DNA of 64,000 bases, taken from contig JAHPZE010000008.1 in NCBI GenBank assembly GCA_019058365.1, forward strand, positions 89,651 through 153,650. Direction: 5' to 3'. Shown here one piece after another: positions 59,090 through 64,000 of the stretch. The notes under the pieces are model-generated. The model did not search any database. It saw only the letters and a list, made by a program, of their open reading frames with translations, and had not been told where the DNA came from. Source of the stretch: Promethearchaeota archaeon (lineage in GTDB: Archaea > Asgardarchaeota > Lokiarchaeia > Sigyniarchaeales > SOKP01). Numbering within the stretch: position 1 is the first letter of the stretch; each line of letters opens with the position of its first letter. Position numbers and translations under genes: made by a program.

Positions 59090-59931
59090 GGAATTATTAA
59101 AAAGGGAACTATAATTAAGTATGCGATAACTCCGTAAGAAATACAAAAATACCCAAAACTAATTTTCTGAGCTACACGGAGTAAAATTTCAATGGTTATA
59201 TAACCTATTAAAAAACTTATAATTGTCATTAAAATGATTAAAAATGGATCTATTAACCCGAAAACTGAACCTTCTCCAAAAATAATATCAACTATTATTG
59301 ATGCAATAGCAACTGGTACTGACATTAAAAAGCTTAACCTTAACGCAGTGTCTTGGTTATAATTTTCTAATAAAACTGAAGATACGGTGACTCCTGAACG
59401 GGAAATCCCAGGTAAAATTGAGATACCTTGAACTAAGCCCACTAAAAAACTATCTTTAGTGATCTCAATTGGGAGAGTATCTTCAAGAGTACTTTTTCCA
59501 TAGATTTTTCGTGTTTTAAGCAAAATAACACCAGTAATAATTAATAATCCTGAAATAATTAGTGTTATTAAGTCTCCTTGGATGGCGGTAAATGCTCCTG
59601 AAATAACTATTCTAAATATAAAATAGAGAGGTAGGGCTGTAATTGCGGTTCCAATCGTAGCATAAATAAGCCAATTTCTTTTTTTAATCTCGATATCATC
59701 CACGATGTATGTTTTTGGTAAAAAACTTTTAAATATTTTAACAAAATCAGTTCTAAATTTTAATAAAACAGCAAAAGTAGTACCTAAATGTAACCAAATT
59801 GCAAGACTGTATGCTTCTTCGGCAGAAATACCAAATAAATTCATGGATATAATAAATGTCTGACCACTTGATGATATAGGGAGCCATTCAAAAATCCCTT
59901 GTAATATTGCAATAATTACATATTCAATCAT
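59086..59931 (-). CDS. uppP: Undecaprenyl-diphosphate phosphatase (BacA)
   Basis: QGIFEWLPISSSG, LHLGT, PGISRSG, SFLMS.P. Confidence 0.93.
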   Translation of the reverse strand: MIEYVIIAILQGIFEWLPISSSGQTFIISMNLFGISAEEAYSLAIWLHLGTTFAVLLKFRTDFVKIFKSFLPKTYIVDDIEIKKRNWLIYATIGTAITALPLYFIFRIVISGAFTAIQGDLITLIISGLLIITGVILLKTRKIYGKSTLEDTLPIEITKDSFLVGLVQGISILPGISRSGVTVSSVLLENYNQDTALRLSFLMSVPVAIASIIVDIIFGEGSVFGLIDPFLIILMTIISFLIGYITIEILLRVAQKISFGYFCISYGVIAYLIIVPFLIIP

Positions 59932-59934
59932 TTT

Positions 59935-60414
59935 TTAAAACTCAAATCTGTTTAATCCTTTCATTAAATATTCAATAATCTCATTACGCGTTTCTCTAAA
60001 TCCCTCAAGTTCTTTCATTGACGGATCTTCAATATCACCATTTTCTCCAGCAAATTCTTTGATTGTTAATATTTCTTTGGTATCTATGTTAAAAAATTCA
60101 TAGATTTCTTTTTTATGTTTACCAGTCAATGTGAGAATCAGATCAGCATCTTCAAGAATTTCAGGATGTTTCTTCAAATCGATTGAGAATGAATTTTCTG
60201 ATAATTTAATTCCTACCTCCTCCATAGCCATTCTGGCATCCAATGATATCAACATACCATCTCTAGCATGTGATGATATACCACATGACTTTACTTTAAT
60301 ATCTAAATTACATTTTAAGAAAAAATCTTTTAAAAATCCCTCAGCCATACAACTTCTAGCCGTGTTTACACTACAAACTATTAATATTGATTTATAATGA
60401 AATTTATTTTTCAT
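59935..60414 (-). CDS. Low-molecular-weight protein phosphatase (LMW-PTP/arsenate reductase fold)
   Basis: VCSVNTARS (CX5R) and DIEDP. Confidence 0.9.
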   Translation of the reverse strand: MKNKFHYKSILIVCSVNTARSCMAEGFLKDFFLKCNLDIKVKSCGISSHARDGMLISLDARMAMEEVGIKLSENSFSIDLKKHPEILEDADLILTLTGKHKKEIYEFFNIDTKEILTIKEFAGENGDIEDPSMKELEGFRETRNEIIEYLMKGLNRFEF

Positions 60415-60453
60415 TATATGGAGGAAAAGATAGATGTAAAATAACTATTTTTA

Positions 60454-61128
60454 TTACTTAAAACTCTCATTGTTTACGAATTTAATTCCCGTCTTTTTCA
60501 TAGTTTCTAGAGCAGTTTTAATATTTCCTTCTGGTAAATCAACACCTCTAGTCAGATCTACTAAAAAATAGGCTTTATAACCAAAGTTAAAACCATCCAA
60601 AGCAGTGTAATAGCAACAATAATCTAATGCTAAACCACATACAAAAATTCTTTTAATTTTTTTTGAGTTTAAATATTCTCTTAAACCTGTTTCAGATTTC
60701 TTGTCATTATCTTGGAATCCAGAATAACTATCAACACTCGGATTCATTCCTTTTTTAATTACCTTATCAGCCAAATCAACTTTTAAATCCTTATGGAACT
60801 TTGCTCCCTTAGTACCTTGAATACAATGATCCGGCCATAAGATTGGGCCTATAGCTCTATTATCAGATATATATTCATCACCTGGAGATTTTCCAGGATG
60901 ATTACTAGCAAAAGATAAATGTTTTTTTGGGTGCCAATCCTGAGTTAACACCACTTGTGCTGTCTTTTTTTTGAATAATTTAGCAATATCATTAATCCCA
61001 TTTATGATTTGATCTCCTTCCTCTACTGGTAAAGATCCTCCGGGGATAAAATCATATTGCATATCCACAATTATTAAGGCATCGTTCTTATCAATCTTAA
61101 TATTTTTTTCAAATTCAACATGTTCCAT
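60454..61128 (-). CDS. pncA: Nicotinamidase/pyrazinamidase
   Basis: VDMQ.DF.PGGSL, TQDWHP..H.SF, WPDHC, KG.....DSYSGF, GLALDYC. Confidence 0.95.
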   Translation of the reverse strand: MEHVEFEKNIKIDKNDALIIVDMQYDFIPGGSLPVEEGDQIINGINDIAKLFKKKTAQVVLTQDWHPKKHLSFASNHPGKSPGDEYISDNRAIGPILWPDHCIQGTKGAKFHKDLKVDLADKVIKKGMNPSVDSYSGFQDNDKKSETGLREYLNSKKIKRIFVCGLALDYCCYYTALDGFNFGYKAYFLVDLTRGVDLPEGNIKTALETMKKTGIKFVNNESFK

Positions 61129-61178
61129 TATATAGTCACAACTATAATTTCATTGAATACAATACATCATAGTATTAA

Positions 61179-61856
61179 TTAAATCTTATTGTATAACATA
61201 TAACTGGAGGTACACAAAATCCAAGATAAGATAGAAAAATACACAACCCATTCAAATATAGGCATGATAAGATACACTTTCTGTCCAAATGCATAACAGA
61301 TCTCTTTGAAATAATTACAGAAATTTGTTATAAGAAATGGAATTAGATATACAATAAAAATTCCCGCAATTATATAACCAATATATACAGGAACTTTAGA
61401 GAACTTAGGATTTTTTACCATAGCCAAACTAAAAAGTATAAATACTGCTGTATGTCCAAACCAGCTAAGTGTTGCAAAGTTCCCATGTAAAAACTTAATA
61501 AAATCGTTAACACCAGAAAAAGTACCAGTAAGTGCGACACAAATAGAGGAGAAAATTCCAGCGAAAATAGCACTCTTTCTTAGACTTTCATTCACATTAT
61601 CATCCTTTAAAATTTTTCCTAGGTAAATATAAAATAGGATAGCTAATGACCCTGAGATTATAAATCCTGTTCTTAAATATATTCCACCCGTTAAATCCCC
61701 TAAAACACTTATAGAATATTTCCACATTTTATATTCTGGGGTAAAAATTAACGCTAAAGTATTGCCTAGAAACCCTGCGGTAAATCCAATCAATCCAAAA
61801 ATATACCCCGGGATAAGATTGAAAAGTTTGTCAAAGAAATCATTTACTTTCTCCAT
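61179..61856 (-). CDS. DUF998-like membrane protein, paralog 1
   Basis: P.Y....IS.LG, H motif, EW; about 5 TM segments. Confidence 0.75.
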   Translation of the reverse strand: MEKVNDFFDKLFNLIPGYIFGLIGFTAGFLGNTLALIFTPEYKMWKYSISVLGDLTGGIYLRTGFIISGSLAILFYIYLGKILKDDNVNESLRKSAIFAGIFSSICVALTGTFSGVNDFIKFLHGNFATLSWFGHTAVFILFSLAMVKNPKFSKVPVYIGYIIAGIFIVYLIPFLITNFCNYFKEICYAFGQKVYLIMPIFEWVVYFSILSWILCTSSYMLYNKI

Positions 61857-61945
61857 ATTATTTTCCCTACATGTTTTACTTAATAAAAATTTTCTTTATA
61901 ATTTACACACTCCAATATTAGAAAGAGAAGGTTTCATCGATTTGA

Positions 61946-62596
61946 CTAAATTTTCTTATAAAGCATATAAGTAGGAATAAGGAAATACCAAAGAATTACC
62001 GCGCCTGTTCCAATCCACTCAATTAAAGGTAATACTTCCATTATAAACCTTAAAACAGGAAATAAGTGTAAAAAAAATAGGATAATTAACAAAGCAAAGG
62101 CAAAAGAAACAAAAAAACCAAAATAACCAAGATACTTTGAATACTTTAAATCTTGTATTATTAAAATATTGTACATAGTAATATAGCAAAATCCGAGAAC
62201 CCAACTTATTAATGCCGATGTACCATGTAGATACTGAATTATTATATTAGAGCCACAAAACACGCCTAAAAATATAAAACTTATACAAGCAATATTAGCA
62301 CAGATATTAGCTCCAATGATCAGTTTATAATTATTCTCATTCTTATTGAAAGTCATCCTAAGATAATTTACAAAAATCAAGGCGAATATACCAGAAAAAA
62401 TATTTCCAAGATTAAAAAAAATGCCTCCAGGTCCTAAACATAATGTACTTACTGCCATTTCCATAAAATTGTATTCAGGAAACATTACACGTGCAACTAT
62501 ATCTCCTAAAATGCCAGATAAGATTGAAAATAGTCCAAATAGGCTTACTGGAATAACATTATTTAATTTTTCGATAAAATGATCAACTTTCTCCAT
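61946..62596 (-). CDS. DUF998-like membrane protein, paralog 2
   Basis: Paralog of 61179-61856 (MEKV..F..KL.N.IP; YMLY.KI). Confidence 0.75.
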   Translation of the reverse strand: MEKVDHFIEKLNNVIPVSLFGLFSILSGILGDIVARVMFPEYNFMEMAVSTLCLGPGGIFFNLGNIFSGIFALIFVNYLRMTFNKNENNYKLIIGANICANIACISFIFLGVFCGSNIIIQYLHGTSALISWVLGFCYITMYNILIIQDLKYSKYLGYFGFFVSFAFALLIILFFLHLFPVLRFIMEVLPLIEWIGTGAVILWYFLIPTYMLYKKI

Positions 62597-62726
62597 AATT
62601 ACTTATTAAAATGGTACATTAGAATTTTATTCTGAATTAAAGGATTTATGCTACATAATTGCTGAAACAATCTTTAATATTAAAAATAAAATGAAAAAAA
62701 TAATAAGGATTTCGAAAAACAAAATA

Positions 62727-63866
62727 TCATTTAGATATTGGTAATCGTATAGTAAAAGTTGATCCCTTGTTCCTTCCTTCAGACTCCACTAAAATCTTAC
62801 CCCTATGTAGTTCTATGATTTCTTTAGATATATATAATCCTAATCCAGAACCTTCAGTTTCAATATCTAATCCTTCACTTACTCTAATAATCTTTCCAAA
62901 TTTCTGAAATAATAATTCTTTTTCTTTCTTTGTTAAACCGATACCAGTATCTCTTATAGAAAGATCCACCCATTGATTATTTACATTCAATTTTATATAG
63001 ATATTGCCTTTAGGAGGTGTTAATTTTATTGCGTTAGAAAGGAGGTTAGTAAATACCTGTTCAATTCTAATTTTATCAATTTTTACAATTATTTCATTAG
63101 GAAGCTCAATTTTTAAATTTATATTCCTCTTATCAACCCAATATTTTAAATCATTACAACTTTCATTGATAAGTTCAACTAGGTTTTCTTCTCGAAGATT
63201 TAATATTAATTTACCCGACTCTACTTGAGATACATCTAATAGGTTTTCGATTAATTGTCTTAATTTTTGGCTACTCCTATATATCATTTCGATGAATTCT
63301 AAAATTTTGGTGTTAAATTGGTCTTTAAACTCTTTTAGTAGAAGTTGGGATGCTGCATAAATGGAACTCAATGGTGCTTTAAACTCATGTGAAGCGATCA
63401 TTACTAATTCGCTTTTAATTTGACTGATTTCCATCAATTTTCTATTTTCTTCAAGAATTATCTTTTCAGCTTTTTTCCGATCCGTAATATCTCTAGAAAT
63501 TATTATTGCCTTCCTCTTTCCATCTGTATCAATAAACGATTTCCCTTTATGTTCAAACCAGATGTAATGACCATCTTTATGTTTTACCCTCATTTCATTC
63601 CTTCCTTCACCATATTTAAATCCATCTCTTAATGCTTTAGCCGCTTTCTTCACATCATCTGGATGTAATGGAGAGAGAGGAGTTTTTCCAATTATATCTT
63701 CTTTATTATATCCTAATAAATCAAAATAAGCCTTCTCATTGATATATTCATGTTTCAAATTTTCATTAATAATAGTAATTAAGTCATTGGCGTTATCCAA
63801 AATTAATTTATACTTTTCCTCTGATCCCTTTAATTTTTTTTCATTTCGCTTAGGGTCCCCTGGCAC
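62727..63866 (-). CDS. PAS sensor histidine kinase
   Basis: One PAS/PAC unit, SHEFKAPL, NLLSNAIK, DTGIG, GSGLGL. Confidence 0.93.
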   Translation of the reverse strand: MPGDPKRNEKKLKGSEEKYKLILDNANDLITIINENLKHEYINEKAYFDLLGYNKEDIIGKTPLSPLHPDDVKKAAKALRDGFKYGEGRNEMRVKHKDGHYIWFEHKGKSFIDTDGKRKAIIISRDITDRKKAEKIILEENRKLMEISQIKSELVMIASHEFKAPLSSIYAASQLLLKEFKDQFNTKILEFIEMIYRSSQKLRQLIENLLDVSQVESGKLILNLREENLVELINESCNDLKYWVDKRNINLKIELPNEIIVKIDKIRIEQVFTNLLSNAIKLTPPKGNIYIKLNVNNQWVDLSIRDTGIGLTKKEKELLFQKFGKIIRVSEGLDIETEGSGLGLYISKEIIELHRGKILVESEGRNKGSTFTIRLPISK

Positions 63867-64000
63867 ATTAAGTTCCTCAATATTTTCTTTATTTGCTTAA
63901 TAATATTTCATAAATTTGTATATTTTTCGATCCCCCTTTATAATTTGAATATGATCCCTAAAAACTAGTAAATTATTTAAGATTTAGGATTGAGAACGAC

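Noticed and set aside
211-63632. Many short ORFs overlapping real genes (e.g. 211-585, 2079-2516, 5196-5594, 20368-20676, 23235-23633, 37998-38354, 40676-41047, 58144-58509)
   Set aside because: They are antisense or alternate-frame shadows of well-supported CDSs.
12689-63866. Two paralogous orphan PAS histidine kinases as a special system
   Set aside because: They are 48 kb apart with no response regulator nearby, and such kinases are commonly expanded in this kind of genome.

Overview
AT-rich, gene-dense archaeal chromosome segment, very probably from an Asgard archaeon (Lokiarchaeia-like). Archaeal markers (rpl37e-Lsm, proteasome beta, tRNA endonuclease, geranylgeranyl reductase, PINA-type ATPase, SepF) sit among eukaryotic-signature-type genes: a Rab-like GTPase, three longin/uDENN-like proteins, a roadblock protein, a ubiquitin-like protein, a WD40 protein and an IFT52/GIFT-like protein. 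Main points: (1) an inositol-phosphate locus at 50.5-59.1 kb with inositol-3-phosphate synthase, four ITPK1-like ATP-grasp enzymes, a HAD phosphatase with a polybasic tail and a membrane-anchored glycosidase-like protein; (2) a ~5.4 kb compositionally mosaic segment bounded by 47-bp direct repeats, carrying a DHCR24-like FAD reductase fused to a dehydratase/activase module; (3) a tRNA-Leu(UAA) with two non-canonical introns, plus an apparently non-catalytic EndA subunit; (4) several genes whose conserved N-termini need ATT/ATA starts. No CRISPR array, rRNA, integrase or transposase was seen. All family calls come from motif recognition by eye, not database searches.
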